A stretch of DNA of 64,000 nt from Camelus ferus (lineage: Eukaryota). Both the position numbers and the translations under genes were made by a program. The notes beneath the pieces were generated by a model. That model saw only the letters and a list, made by a program, of their open reading frames with translations, did not search any database and was not told the origin of the DNA. Location: positions 30,816,001 to 30,880,000 of the forward strand of contig NC_045697.1 in assembly GCF_009834535.1 (NCBI RefSeq). The letters are read 5' to 3'. This document shows, piece by piece, positions 1 to 14,112 of the stretch (its first letter is position 1; every line of letters begins with the position of its first letter).

Positions 1-1854
1 TGTAGCATCAGCTTTCCTGGAGGCTTCTTAGAACTAAGGATATGTTTCTATCCACCGCCCCCTCCCCCAACCCCAATTCATTTGTTTTTGAAATACGAAA
101 CTGGAACACAGAAATAAAAGCTCGAAGTGCACAGCTTCTTCAAATCTGCGGCTAGACCCATCTTAGGATATGGAGAACAATGCAGAATTCTGGTGAAGTT
201 GAAAATCAACTCACAACATACAAATCAAGGCTTGAATACTGGTCAAGGATAAAAGTCGGTTACAGTTCATTGTTGTTTCTACTTCTGAACTGGTTCCTAA
301 GTGGCCAACTGGAGAACAATTAAAATAGACCACGTCACATGCTGGTGACTAAAACAGTAACCTAGTTATTTTTTAACCGCTGACTTCCTCTGACCTGGCT
401 CGAACCAGGTGTAGAGGAAACAAGGAAAAATGCCGGGTCTTTTGCTGAATTTTTAGCTTTCTTGCGCCAAAAGTACACCTACTTTACAACTTTGGAGTGT
501 AAGAGGTCAAGAAGGGAAGCCACGGAGGAGGTGATTAGTGAAGCCTGGTAGGGACAGAGGGGACAGAGCATGCAAGGACAGAGCTGACAATGGCCTGTCT
601 TATGACGCTTTAACAGCTCCTTCTTTTAAATGCAAAGCTCCTCCACTTCTCCCCAGTTCCCCAAACACACCTGCCACAGTTTCCACACAGGCTAATTAGT
701 CTGACAGCATGCATGGGAGGGCTCAGCACCTCAAGTGTGACCTGCCTTTACTTAGCAGGATGCCACTGAACAGCTTTGTTGTAATGGGTTTTCTTTCTCG
801 AAATGAAAACATTCTGTTAGAGTCCCTTGGGAATCTGCTGATCAGATCAAAGGCCCTGGAGCAACTGTCAGTCTCTCAGGACTCATCGTAAGGGTACAGG
901 TGCCAGCTTGGCTTCTCTGAGAGAAGCCGCCAGCCCTGCAATCGAACTCGTCTACCACTGGGGCCGTTCCTGAGCAATCAAGCCACTTCTTGAAGTGTGT
1001 AACAAGAGGCAAGTTGTCCAAAAGGACAATGGGCACCACCGCTGTCACAGAAGACAGAGAAATCACAGAAAAGGCAGTATGCTGCAATTTCTAGGTGGGA
1101 GTAAGCCCTGAAGAGGAACTTCAGTTCACCAACAAGGTTAAGAGTGCAACTGACTGAACTCTGACTTTGAAACAGGCCGAGAAGGAAAACCAACAGAGCC
1201 ACGTTAAAGCATCAAGTTGGTCCACTACGCAGACCCTTACTTACAAAGACAACTTGAAGGCAAAAATCTCTTGTGCAACAAACTGACATTGCACAGAGGT
1301 CTCCTGCACGAACGTGTCTACAAAGGTCAAGTTAAGCAACAGTCTGCTTGGGGTCTTAACACAAAAGACAACAGGGAAGTCCTCAGTTCCCCACTCGTCC
1401 ACATTCTCTGAAGAGATTTCCAGTGAGTTGATATCACTTCTATCAACTCACTTATAAAACCTTTAACAGTGGTCAGCACTAGCAATCAGCCTCACCGAGC
1501 ATTTCTTAGCAGTGAGATGCTGGGATCCTGTGCAAGGCCTACAGAAACTACAGGGGTGGGTCCCGGCAAGCTGTTTGAGAACCAGTGACTTATTAAAAAA
1601 AAAATATGTGTGAGATGATGTGACCAGAGCACAAGGGTCAACAATTTCCTTTGTCAAAATATTTTCCCTCAATCCTGCTCACCACCATGAAACACTTGCT
1701 TTTTCCTTTATGTAATGAAGAAATTCCTTGAAAGAAAAATCTCCCTCCACTGCCTCACCAGTCATTCCACCCTTCCCTGCAACCAGGCTTCAGTTCTCAG
1801 AGCTCCACAACTGCTCTCCAGTTTGGAATCAGAACTCCAATTAAGAACGGTGAC

Positions 1855-2022
1855 TTTTTTGTTTTTAAATTGAAGTACAGTTGATTTACAATATTGTTTA
1901 GTTTCAGGTGTATAGCACAGTAATTCAGTTTTTTTCAGATTATATTTCCATTATAGGTTATACAAGATATTGAGTATAATTCCCTGTGCTATACAGTAAA
2001 TCCTTACTGCTTATCTATTTGA
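1855..2022 (-). mobile_element. L1 3' terminal fragment (artiodactyl type)
   Basis: Poly-T followed by ttgaagtacagttgatttacaat...ttccctgtgctatacagta, the reverse complement of the L1 3' ends elsewhere in the window. Confidence 0.8.
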
Positions 2023-2412
2023 TGACTTCTTAAATGCTCGATTAGTGGGCCTCACAATCCTGGTCCTCTTTTAACTCAGCAGTGTTTGATGGGGTTTCCC
2101 CTCCTTTGCCAAGCCGAGTTGGATCTATCCACTGTGTATTCTCCTTTGTCTTCTCATTGTCACTGCCCTTTCCCTCTTCCCTAATTAATCAAAAGGCAGT
2201 CTTCCTTTGGCCTCACCCCACCCATCCCCATACAGCTGTCACATTCTTTGCTCAAAAGCACAACTGGGAACCTAGCTGTACTCTTCAGTAGTTCTCTCCA
2301 AGTTCTTCACCCCGGTTTTCAAAAGCCTCCGAATTATGACCCTAATGTGCCTTCCTGTCCCAGCCCCCACTGCTCCCTGCCGTGTATGCTATACTGCAGC
2401 CAAAACAGACTA

Positions 2413-2556
2413 TATTCAGCCCTTTGTATCCACGGTTTCTGCATCCACCACCTACCACGCCATTTTACATAAGGGACTTGAGCATCCTCAGATTTTGGTA
2501 CCTGAGTGGAGGGGGTCCTGGAACCAATTCCCCATGGATACTGAGGGACAACTGTA
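2413..2556. mobile_element. MER2-like TcMar-Tigger MITE, internally deleted
   Basis: Ends cagccctttgtatcc... and ...ggatactgagggacaactg-TA, with internal agggacttgagcatcc...ggtcctggaaccaat. Confidence 0.75.
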
Positions 2557-3108
2557 TTTGCTATGCCCAGAAAATATCTCAGGCCTTCCCACTTCCTCCT
2601 GCACCCATCTTGACAGCTCTGCTTACTTTACAAACCTTGCATGTGGCATTTCTGAATTCCCGTCTCTCTCATTTGGCCTTTATTAGTTTTTCTATCTTGT
2701 ATCATAGTATCAGCAAGTATCTTATCTCCCCTACCGGATTCTAATTTCCTGTAGGGCAAAAATGAAGCCTGGTTTCTTTATGCATTTTCTGCACTGGGTC
2801 TTACACAAGGTAGATGTTCAATAAAGACTTACTGAACTGAAATAATAAACATTCTAACTTTGGATCACACCTATTTTTCTCCTTTCACTTTAACTATGGC
2901 CCTCAGTTTCCCTAGTGGGTTTTGCAACTGGGTGTGCAACTTTTATTTATAGGACAAATGAAAGACAATATAGGGTTGTACTTCCCCACAAATAAATACC
3001 TCCTCTTCACCCAGGGCTACTGCTGAAAGTATCTGACCAGTTCAATTTATAAAATCCTAAGATTTTTAAATTTTAATTTGAAGATATTAACAATCTTAGA
3101 GGTGTCTG

Positions 3109-3647
3109 CCTGCACCCCAATGTTCATAGCAGCACTACCTACAATAGCCAAGACATGGAAACAGCCTAAATGTCCATTAACAGATGACTGCATAAAGATG
3201 TCATATATTTATACAATGGAATAGTATTTAGCCATAAAAACGACAACATAATGCCATTTGCAGCAACATGGATGTCCCGGGAGAATGTCATTCTAAGTGA
3301 ATTAAGCCAGAAAGAGAAAGAAAAATACCATATGAGATCGCTCATATGTGGAATCTAAAAAAATAAATGAACATAAATACAAAACAGAAACAAACTCACA
3401 GATATAGAATACAAACTTGTGGTTGCCGGTGGGAAGGGACAGATTGGGAGTTCGAAATTTGTAGATACTGACAGGCATGTGTAGAATAGATAAACAAGAT
3501 TATACTGTATAGCACAGGGAAATATATACAAAAGATCTTGTGGTAGCTCACAATGAAAAAGAATGTGACAATGAATATAAGTATGTTCATGTATAACTGA
3601 AAAATTAAGCTCTACATTGTAAACTGACTATAACTCAGTTAAAAAAA
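3109..3647 (+). mobile_element. Young 5'-truncated L1 (ORF2 C-terminus plus 3' UTR)
   Basis: Perfect 17-bp TSD aatcttagaggtgtctg at 3092-3108 and 3648-3664, A-tail, and high similarity to the copy at 31439. Confidence 0.92.
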
Positions 3648-6600
3648 AATCTTAGAGGTGTCTGAAAACATCCTTTAGGCCATATATGCACTTAATTTTT
3701 AAGTCCAATTTTTAAGCTCATGGAAACAATACTTCCTAAGAACTGTTTTAGGCAAGTGATGTACATGCTGTAGAGTACAGGTTTAGGCCTATGGACGGAC
3801 CAGGTGTGGAGACACCTCCAGGGAGACAAAAAGGCTGCACAGTGGCTTTTTCAATAAGTCAGGAAAGTGGTGCTATTTTAAGTCCCTTTGCAGGTAATAA
3901 ATTCAACCAGATGGACTCAGCCCTATTAGGTCATTTCAGGCTTAACAACCTAGAATGTATTCAACCCACACCAACTCAACACCTTTTCCATAAAGGACTT
4001 TAAAGATGAAGTAGCTTCCAGTCGAAGATAAGCAACTCTGTATCCTGCAGGGAAGTCGCCCTGTTAGCGGTTATCAGCCACCACCAACTCAACACCACTT
4101 CTGCAAAGGCTGAAGGAGCTCCAGGGAAGGAGGATACAGGTGGAGATGAGAGCTATTGTTTTTAGCTATGTGCCTAGTTAAGAAGAATCTCATGCTGTCT
4201 TTTTCTAAATTAAATTAAACACAGCAAAACTACTTTATTGAAGACTTATTCTAATCTAATACCTACAAGGTATGAAACAATCTAACTGTGGTCATGGTGG
4301 CCCTCATTCCCCTGCAGCATCCAGCCAGGTGACTGATGTGCTGCCAGAGGCCACAGGCGTCTCCCAGACATGCACCCCTGCAGAAGGTATGTGCACCAAC
4401 CTTCAGAGAATATATCCAAGCCTGGGATTTTAAAAAAGCAAACTTACTTCACTAAGAGGCATTTTTAATTTCAATTTTTTAGATCCCAATTACCTTAGTC
4501 CGTACCTCCATCCTATCCTTTCCCAGGCCTCCATATTGTGATTTTATGCAAATCTATCATTCCACTTGAAATACTTGGCATGCTGACCATAATAGTATTT
4601 CATTTTAAAAAGCATATATTTATAATTTAATAAAAGAAGTAGCTCAACCATCACAACAAATTCATACAGGGATTGGCTTCAATATACATATTATAATGAT
4701 AACTACCAGTGTATAATTTACAAAATTCTGCAGAGCCAGATTAGGCAAAAAAAAAAAGCAATTCAGGAATACATTGAGAGACTGCCTCCAGTGTGTGTGT
4801 AGACACATGGAAGAGGATATGTCAAATACTGCGAGTTCAAATACTGAGGAAGCAATCAGGAAAAAATGAAGGTAAGTTTACATGCCAGGAAAGCCAGGGC
4901 ATTCTGAATATGACAGTGCTCTGAGGCTTCGGGTAACAGAAGTAATAAATGGATACATACTGTGTTCACAGGAGGCAGAGCAGACTAAAATGATGATGTA
5001 ATGACTTCAACAGCGAAAGTAAAGAGGCAGCAAGAACTTCCACTGTATTAGTTTTTTCTCTCTTTTTGAAATCAGTGCCTATGAAACAGTCTGAGACACA
5101 GCGTTTTAAAAAATACTGCTTTTCATCTTGCTCACACCCTAGATAATGAATTTCCAACAAGGCTCTTTTCATTTCTGCTCTCTTCTTGCTTCCTTATTTG
5201 CACAGCAGTATCTATACAGAGAATGGTTAACTCACTCACACAGAGCACCTGCTAAGGAAGGGGCGGATGCTACAGCTGTGCAGACACAAAGATGAGGGAG
5301 AGGGTGGACCTGCCTTCTGCAGAATCCATAATATAACACGTGATCGAGTTCATTAATTCGTGAAGGTGAGGCATCAGACAGGTACCAGTTCACAGTAAAT
5401 GGCTGAAAATGTTGTAAATGAAATTATAGATTTATATTTCTGAAGTCACAAGGCAAAGACAGAGAAAAGTCACTTTCTGGTGCCTCAGATCAAAATAAGG
5501 AGAGAAGATAATCATTTCTTTAAGAATGTAGACAGATTAACATTTGAATCCGAGGGAAAGGTGTCCTTTTATGTACTGCATGGTCTTGGTAAACATTTAG
5601 AAAATAAAATTTTATGTTAAATACTTCAAATGTCTGTCAAAAATTAATTATCTGCCAAAAGTAACCCCCTTTCCACTCCTACACCCATCGCTGCCTCAAC
5701 TCAGGAAAGCAAACTGAATTTCATTCTTGTCTAATGACAACAGATGGCTTTCATATAAAGCAATTAGAGCTATCTGACCGCAAACAGCACCCTGTAACAG
5801 CATCCTGTAAATCCTATGAACATTTCTGTTATCTCCTAACAAATGCAAAACTAAAAAGATGATCAATACTTGATCTAGGCAAAGAAAAAAGTGATTCCCT
5901 TCTCTTGGAAAACAATTTCAAGTATCAAACTAAGGCCATCGTTTCTTAGATATGGGATTTCTAAGAATTCTGCTGACTTAAAATGGTCTTTACATGTAGG
6001 CCCTGATAGTTTATTTTCGACATGAGTTTTAAATACTGTAGAAGCCTTTCCTCTCACTTGCCTATTCTTCATTTCTAGCCATAGGGCTAAGCTAATCCTG
6101 TCAGCCCACAATGAACTGCTGAACCAAGAATGGTAACCAAGAAAGAATATTTTCTCTGAAGAGTAGACAAAAGGAAGTATTTTTGGGAGTAGGCAAGTGT
6201 CTGGAAAACCAGAGAACCCATGAATACAGGATGGAGTAGCCTAAAATCATCCTGAATATGACAGCGACTCTTCACCCGTACAGCGTCGACTTCTCGGGCC
6301 AAGACTTGAAAATAAGTGAATGCCAGTCCCTGAGGATAGGAGCCCGCTGGTACAAGACACGTTACATACTGGGAAAAAATAGTTACATATTTTTAGTTCA
6401 AAAGCTGTTACTGAATATTCTGAGCAACATGGCAACAAACACAAAAACTTGCACATCACCAAAAATACCAGTACCTGACATACTTGGGTTTTTTCCCCTT
6501 TCATTACCTGGGGTAGTCCCTTCCCACCCAAACTCCTGGAGCAGCTTAGTCCCCACACTTCTAATAGTCCCCTGTTCCCTTTCGTTCTGTTCTCCAGCTT

Positions 6601-7938
6601 TAATCTGCATGTTCTTAGTGTCTCTTTTTCGCTTGTAAACCTTCAACAGCTGCTCAGCATACATAAGACAAATTGGAATCTCCTTGGCTTGGCATTCAAG
6701 GCCCTGTAAAATTTGACCCTGGCCTACATTTCTAATCATGTCTTTGCTCTTCTTTGCTATAAATCTCCTTATATCTCCACTCTAATAGTGGTTCAGCAAA
6801 GCAATCCAGCAGCCTTTTTCATCTCCGTTCAGGAAAATCTCTCTTCCTCCTTCTCACTCAACAACACAAGTAATGTCTTCCCCAGGGACCTCTGCTCATA
6901 TAAAATTTTCCTCGAATTCAATATCTAGCTCAAGTTACCCCACCATTCTCTCTCCTTCTTTTGAATCCATATAACATTTGACACAGGAACCACTGTTTGC
7001 CACAAAAATCTAGAGACACTGAGATCATGTCAGCCAAACCCTTCATTTCCCACACAAGATTGTTTTACCTTTTAAATAGTTCCCATCTTACACTTTTTCA
7101 TATGTCCCATAATAAATATAATCTCAGTAAATATTTAGTTGATTTATTAGGCAATGTTTTAATAAATGCACCTTCCTCAAATGCATCATAGATCAGCAGA
7201 TAATCCCTTTGGTGGAAGATGGTGAGAAAAGAGGCAGGGTGTTTTGACAGGGTTCCCTAACAGTCATGCCGTATAAAAATACTGTTTTAATTACCAGCCC
7301 ATTTAGGCAGACATGGCTCATCCTCATCACAACAGGGCAGGTGAGAGAGAGATGAGATTCTCAGGTGGGGCGAGCTCAGGGATGAGACATCTGTTTCCCA
7401 TGCTTCTGGGTTTTTTTTTTTTTTTTTTTAATTGAGAGCACAATGGTCTATTTGCTTGCATCAAACGTCATTTTGGTTTTGATTCCATCAAAATGAGATC
7501 CCCAACAAAAAAGCCATGTCAAAATGAGATGCGCTTCCCAGCAGCTGGCCTGGTTTTACCTGTTTTATTTCTTTCAGGAGCACATATCATCTCCAAGTCC
7601 AGGATAACTCAAAGTGCTTTCAAAATGCCTTCCACCAAAGAAACATCATATCTGATTATTTTCTATAAATCTTATCTCAGGTAATATCTACAGATCACAC
7701 ACACACAAATAAAGACATTTTGCTTTAACACTGTCAAAAACAACTGAAGATTTTATGGACAATACTTGTGAGTACATTGCTATGAGGCCATTAAATGTAT
7801 TAAAAATGTTACTTTTCAAAAAGTATTACCCTGCAAATCACTCTAATCTGAATTTTTAAGTGTCATGCTAATAAATGCTACAAAGCAAGAATCTACCCTG
7901 GAACAAAAACTTAAGAGATACACAATATTCTCCATTGT

Positions 7939-7997
7939 GGGGGACTGCCAAGATGGCAGAGTACATGGACGCGATGCTCACCCTCTCCCACGAATAT
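7939..7997 (+). mobile_element. Isolated L1 5'-terminal fragment
   Basis: GGGGGACTGCCAAGATGGCAGAGTAC..GGACGCG..GCTCACCCTCTCCCACGAATA resembles the start of artiodactyl L1 5' UTRs (YY1 motif CAAGATGGC). Confidence 0.6.
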
Positions 7998-8074
7998 ATG
8001 TAATTGAAGTGATTAGTACATATTAGCATGAGCGTATTTGATAGATAACAAGAAACAAAATATAAAATTCCTAC

Positions 8075-8120
8075 CTTGTGTCTGTTTCTTGTTCACTGCA
8101 TTATCAGCTTTATGTCGTTT
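8075..8120 (-). CDS. ATP8A1: ATP8A1 coding exon 5 (46 nt; KRHKADNAVNKKQTQ-V); the gene continues beyond the left edge of the window
   Basis: Acceptor aactttag|, donor AAG|gtagga. In frame after exon 4, with the 'RHKAD..VN' motif. Confidence 0.95.
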
Positions 8121-10214
8121 CTAAAGTTTAAAAGCAAAAACAAAAACTGTGAAAACAAGTATGAGATTAATAAAACAAAATAGCACCTGTAACAAAACCG
8201 AGATTTCTTTTGACTTCTGTTTCTCAAGGCTTTTATCCTTTCATGTCCATATCAATTGTAGAAGTTCCCATGCCAGGGGTGTGGTATGGGAACAATCAGA
8301 GGGTATATAGAAATTTAAAAACTGGAAGTGTGATCCACAGCATCTTTATATGCTAGTCCTCTTCTTGGAGTATAGGTGTGTGGTCCTCAGAAAGATAGGA
8401 CATTACCACATGCGTAAGATTAAAGTTTTACAAATACTAATGTACTAGAAAAGATGGAGCTGAAAGGCTGATTTAGTCTTAAATAACTTACTTAAATAAG
8501 AAGATTGCCCAAGAGAATCATCTGTAGTAACTACCATTTAGTAATGGCACAGAATTATTGTTTCTTATGAAATTCATTATCCAATTAAGCTGAGCACATC
8601 CTCTATCATTTAATGACGTGTTGATGTCTGTCAGTGACTAGAACCAAATACATCTACCATTTGCATAAAGCTGCTTCTCTCCACTGCTCCCCACAGCCCG
8701 CCTCCCCCATCATAAGTCGCTGAACCTCATGTTTCTTCCTCCAAAGCACGAAAAAATTAAAAGGTAAACAAGTGAGTTAGTCTAAGTCTAGGCGGGTGAG
8801 TTTGAAGAGTTACATAAGCCAAGATTTTATAGCAGTAAGAAAGAGAAAGGGAAGGTCAGAGGAAAGGTGAGGATCTGCGTGGCGAGAAGCAGCTATCTTC
8901 TCTATGGTTCAACTAGAGGTCTTCCATGGCTTCCGTCTGAACTCGCAGCATCGAGTCTAACAAGTCAGCCTCTACTGACGTTGCACAAAAGTGCTGAGTG
9001 TGACCAATCAAAGATTCTATCACAGAAAGCCCAGGGTCAGATTTAGCTGCACACTCCCAACTATAAGGTGGGTTGGCACGAATGTAAAACAAACGAATTC
9101 CTAAGTCCCCCGTCCGAGAAGAAACATGGTTTATAGAATCACAGGGCACAAATGAAAACACTTTTCAAGAGAAAAGCCTGGGCTTGTAGATTAGCACTCC
9201 AAGACCCGGCAATGCTCACGAGGAGAGGCATAATAGCTGGCAGTGTGAACTCAGTTCATCCAAACAATCAGCCACTGAACTGCACAAAATGCAAATAGGG
9301 CATTCAGAATGCCTCTGTGGGAGGCTTGCTGAAAATGATTCTTGCCACATCCACATGCAGGAACACACTACAGTTCTTTCTCATAATGAAACACTCACTA
9401 ATAAAAGTGTAATAATGCAGACTTTTAATAGGCAAATTATTGCTTCCAAAAGCAGATGATTTGCCAGCAAATGTTCTTAAATAAAATTTTAAAGTTCTAT
9501 TAAATTTGTAGCATCAGTGGAGAAGATTCCATGATTGATAAAACTCTAAAATATTTTTTTTTTGTGATTGTTGTTAATCAAGATATTAAGAAAATTAGAA
9601 AGTAACCCAAAATAAATTTTGGTCGAAAATAACAGTCCAATGCAAATTTAGATATTTGAAGGCAGTGCAAATGTTTCCAGAACAATTCACATCTATGATA
9701 GACAATGGTTAGATTTCCAACTAAAGGAGACAAATAAAAGCTAATTAATGAAACATTCCACTTAAACTGGAAATTTAATCTTAGTGAAACCTAAGGAGAT
9801 TCTGAACATTACTTTCCACCTGTAGAGAATTCTTGTACAGAAGCCTCCCCTCCTCACCCTTCCCACCACAAAATAAATTGAGTTACCTGTCAAGAAACAA
9901 TTGTGTTGAAGATACATGAGGATCCAACCCAGAGAGGTAGATTCTAATCTTATCATTATCCCCCGCCAAAAAAACCCAAAAAACAAAAAAAAAAACTTTG
10001 TATCTTAAAGAGATCATCATTCCTTCTAAAACAAATAGTTCACAGAAAATTAATACAGCTATCCTCTGAGCTCAAATGCCTCTACTGTCCTGCAATCAGA
10101 ACTCAGTATCACTGAGAGCTCGTGAATTATTTATTATTATCAGTATCTGATTGACAGTGCTCTAATAAACTCTACTGAATAAAGACCACCATGAACTGTA
10201 GGGTACTTAAGCAT

Positions 10215-11280
10215 GCAGTGCTGACCACCCCTTCCTCCTGGGAACCCTTCCCCTCTAGGCATTTCCTAAGACATCTTGCCCAGGTGATCCATCTGCATCT
10301 TGGCCCCTTCTTGTCTCTCAGTGATGGGTTTCCTTAAGGCTCACTCCTTGGCCCTCTCTGCTTCTCATTCTATATTCTCTTTGATCATTCATATCTGCAA
10401 TTTCAATGACAACCATCATCTAAATATATACCAGCCAAGACTCTCATCTGAGCCCCAGTCACATCCAGCTGTCTCCTTAACAGCTCCCTCTGGCAGTCTC
10501 AAAGGCATCGCAAGCTATGTTCAAAAGGCAACCTATGCCTGTAAGCCCCAAGACTTGATACTTGTCTCAGACATGCAACCACATACCATCCATCTGCACA
10601 AACCAGGAACTTGAGTTTCCTAAGTACGTTCTCTCCCTTTCACTCCTATCCAATACATTTCTTCTCCCAATAAATGTTTACAAACCACTATGTGCCAGGC
10701 CCTGTTACTATTACTGATAGAGCAATGAACAAGAGACAAAAACTCGTGCTCTCATGGAACTTACATTCCAGTGGTTGGAGAGAAAACATTAATAACATAA
10801 AAAATTAGATAAATAAATAAGTAAAATATGTAGAGTATATAGCAAGCCAGATAGTGTTGTCTTGTCAATATTACTCCTAAATATATATTGAATTCATTTT
10901 TCCATATTTCTTTATCTTTATAATACCACTTAAGTCTAAGACATCTTCATGTTTTCCTACCAACTACTACCAAAATTCTTTTTGTTTTCCTTCCAATCCA
11001 TTTAACATATTTTGGTCAAAAAGATCTTTGGATGATGATGATTAACATTATTAACATTCATTCAGCACTAACCACACACTTAGCATTGCTCTAAGGACTT
11101 CAGGGCATCATTTAATCCTAGTAACAGCTGATGTGGTTACTTGATTAATGTCTGCCCCCTGTCCTGGACTGCAAGCTCTATCATGGCTACTTTTACTCAC
11201 TGGCATATTCCCAGTATTTTGTCTCTGAACACTGCAGACTTTAAATAAATATTTGTTTTATAATGAATAAAGTAAATCAG
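10215..11280. mobile_element. Degraded L2/MIR fragments
   Basis: L2-type motifs (tgctgaccaccccttcctcctgg, tatgtgccaggccctgtt, gcaagctc...taaataaatatttgtt). Boundaries are approximate. Confidence 0.6.
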
Positions 11281-12441
11281 TGTTTAACTTAACAAGTGTA
11301 TAGCAAAGAAGGCATGATTTTTATGATGAATATTAACAATGTAATGAACAACCTTGACTCCTACCATAAGAATTGGCATTTGAATGATGCAGACTTTTTT
11401 TAAACTAAGAGTTCTCCAATAATTTTATAGTATTTTCAAATAAGCATTAGGTCATTTGTTACTTACACATAAAAATAGGAAATCATGTTATGTGATGGTG
11501 TCTAAAGCATCAAGAGTTAAAATGCACTGGGGTGGTCAAGTCTTAGGTAATTCTTACTGTTTCATTATAAATTTTTTAAAACTGCTGTTTAGTAGAATAT
11601 GAAGGAAGGTTTACTAGAATATAGGCTCTGTTTTCTTCACTGATGTAAGAGTGGTAGACATTACTAGGTTCACCAATATCTAGTTCTCCTCTAATTCCAT
11701 GGACTGAGATTACATCTCCCTTCATCATGTCACTAGTTCTAACATTGTGCTGTAAGCATATGTGTGATATGTACCATTTCTGGGCCAACATGCAGAAGAA
11801 GTGAGACTTCCATCTCTCTCCTCCTCTGTCCTGGTGACCACCGATATTCCACAAAGCTGAGCCCTGACTTAGCTGCAGCCCTGAGTAACTACATGAACAA
11901 TGGCGTCTCCTGCCCTTCCTTCCCCCTGGACAAAAACTTGCAAGACATCCTAATATAATTCCTAATGAATGCCTGGTACCTAAGTACTGCTTCATATATT
12001 TTTGTTGAGTAAACAAATTATGTATTAATTATAATTTACTGAAAGAGATACTCTTTGTCCAACTATGTAAACTATTGTTTTATTTTTTTCCTTTTCTAGG
12101 GAGTACCATTTCAAACATTGTCACCTTATGCTGATATAAACTTATCAAACCATTCTCAGAAAACATTTTAGTCAATTTCTTAGCACTGATTTTACTGGAA
12201 AACTACTTCACATGATACTCTTCTTACCCCACAATATTATTATTACATCCTTCATGAACTGCCTGAAAAGCTGCTTTCTAAAGTATTCAATTATTACATG
12301 ACGCCAATAAGAGTTCTGTTAAAAACAACCAAACTTCTTGGGTACCATTTTATTTACTATGTATTTTCATAGAGAGGAGTACTAGAAACCACGGCTGGAG
12401 AGCTTTTAGTTTCACTAGGGAAAAGAAAAGAAAACTGAGAG

Positions 12442-12910
12442 GTAGTTTAGAGCAGTGATTATAAGGCAGCATTTGGAGCCAAACTGCCTTGTTTGAATTC
12501 TCACAGCTCAGTTCTGAGCTCTGTGACCTCCAGCAAGTTACCTTACCCCTCTGTGCCTCCCCTGCCTCATCTGTAAAATGGGGATAATATTAACAATCCT
12601 TTAAAGGGTTGTTTTAAGATTTAACAAATGAAAAGGACATAAAACAAGTACATGGAACCCAGAAGCTCAATAAATGTTATCAACATTATTGTTGGTGACT
12701 CACCACAATAATACACAGGAAGATGGGATGGAATTCTGATTCCATCGACTTCTTGTGCAGGTTACATGACCTTGCTAAGCCTCAGCTTCCTTAACTTTAA
12801 AATGGGGTTAATATCCAATTTTCAAAATTATCGAAGGAATTAAATAAAAAAAAATTTGCAGAAACAATAGCACAACTCCTAGTAAATAACAGATGCTCAA
12901 TGAAAATTAG
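12442..12910 (+). mobile_element. Two MIR SINE copies
   Basis: Core motifs tgtgacct..gcaagttac..ctctgtgcctc..cctcatctgtaaaatggggataata and ctaagcctcagcttcct..taaaatgggg. Confidence 0.75.
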
Positions 12911-13111
12911 GTTAATGAAGAAAGAAAAGGGAATACATAAGGCAAAGAAAGAGACAAAATTGTAGTAAAGACCAAACTTTATGGACTGCCAAGTCCAAGC
13001 ACAGTTTAAAGGATGGCATGTCTGTGTGGAGAGATGCGGGTGAGAAGAGAGTCCCTTGAATTTTTAGCTAGTGGTCCCCACAAGTATGCCACTTCCAACA
13101 AGAGGCCTATG

Positions 13112-13115
<4 letters not shown>

Positions 13116-13157
<42 letters not shown>
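13116..13157. repeat. (AC)21 microsatellite
   Basis: Read directly. Confidence 0.95.
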
Positions 13158-13159
<2 letters not shown>

Positions 13160-14013
13160 CCACCCTCTGTCTGCACTCCTAGACAGCTGGATAGCTTTGA
13201 GGCAGATGATCTGCATGGTCACTTTGCCCATTTCTAATAGGCCAGTGATGCTATTGATCATGTGTTCTTCATGAGATCCAATTTGATTCTTTACAAAAAT
13301 AATAGCGGTGTTTGTACAACCCGAAAGTCAGAGCTTTCTAAAGAATGCCTCAGTCTTTCCTTGCCTTACCATCTGACTTGCCTGAGTCCTGACAGAAGGT
13401 CATTTCAGACAGGCAATATATTTATTTAAAGGACATAGAAAAAAATACTAGCTTCCTTGACTGAAGTAGTTACTGACTTCCCCTTTTCTCTACTATGGAA
13501 TAATAAAAATAGCAAATTTGCTGTTATGTTCTTTTCATAAAAGGAAATTTAGAACTACTAAAATGAGACGAACAGGAATCAAAGGTACTTAATAAAGGGA
13601 AAGCTATGGTATATACATTGAAAAATAATAGATATAAAAAAACTTTACATTTAGGTAACTTGGAGGTACTGTTTAATTTGAAATAATGTTCAAATTGAAA
13701 ATTGAGTGTAATTGAAAAAAATGTGCAAATACATTTTTCTCTCCAAGCCAATTACTACATTCAAATGAATTTATTTACTACATTCAAATGAATTTATTTC
13801 ACTACAAAGGTACAAACATAAGAGGACGTTGTAATAAGCATTCTGTAATATTACTCCTATAGAAATCAAGAAGAATTAACTCCAGGGGTAGGAGCATATT
13901 TTAAAACTCTTTTAAGCTGAATGGGTATTTAATTTAGAAAGAAACTAATATTTCAAAGTACATATATAAAAATAACAGAGTCACATTTACTTGTGAAAAA
14001 AATAAATACTTAC

Positions 14014-14112
14014 AATATCTTCTATTATCTCTTTGACGGCTGCCACAGCTAAAATAAATAAGAGCGGAACCAGTGTTGTGTAGCGACCTGTTGGTGATAC
14101 ATCAGGTATTTG
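14014..14112 (-). CDS. ATP8A1: ATP8A1 coding exon 4 (99 nt; [33 protein letters not shown])
   Basis: Acceptor tcaaatag|, donor ATT|gtaagt, phase 0/0. Encodes the TM1-TM2 loop and TM2 with the KE..ED motif. Confidence 0.97.

Noticed and set aside
842..1420. Coding-looking stretch, possibly a processed pseudogene or ATP8A1 exon 6
   Set aside because: No recognisable protein in the frames I translated, no poly(A)/TSD, and no match to the expected next ATP8A1 peptide (VLRNGAWEIVHWEK).
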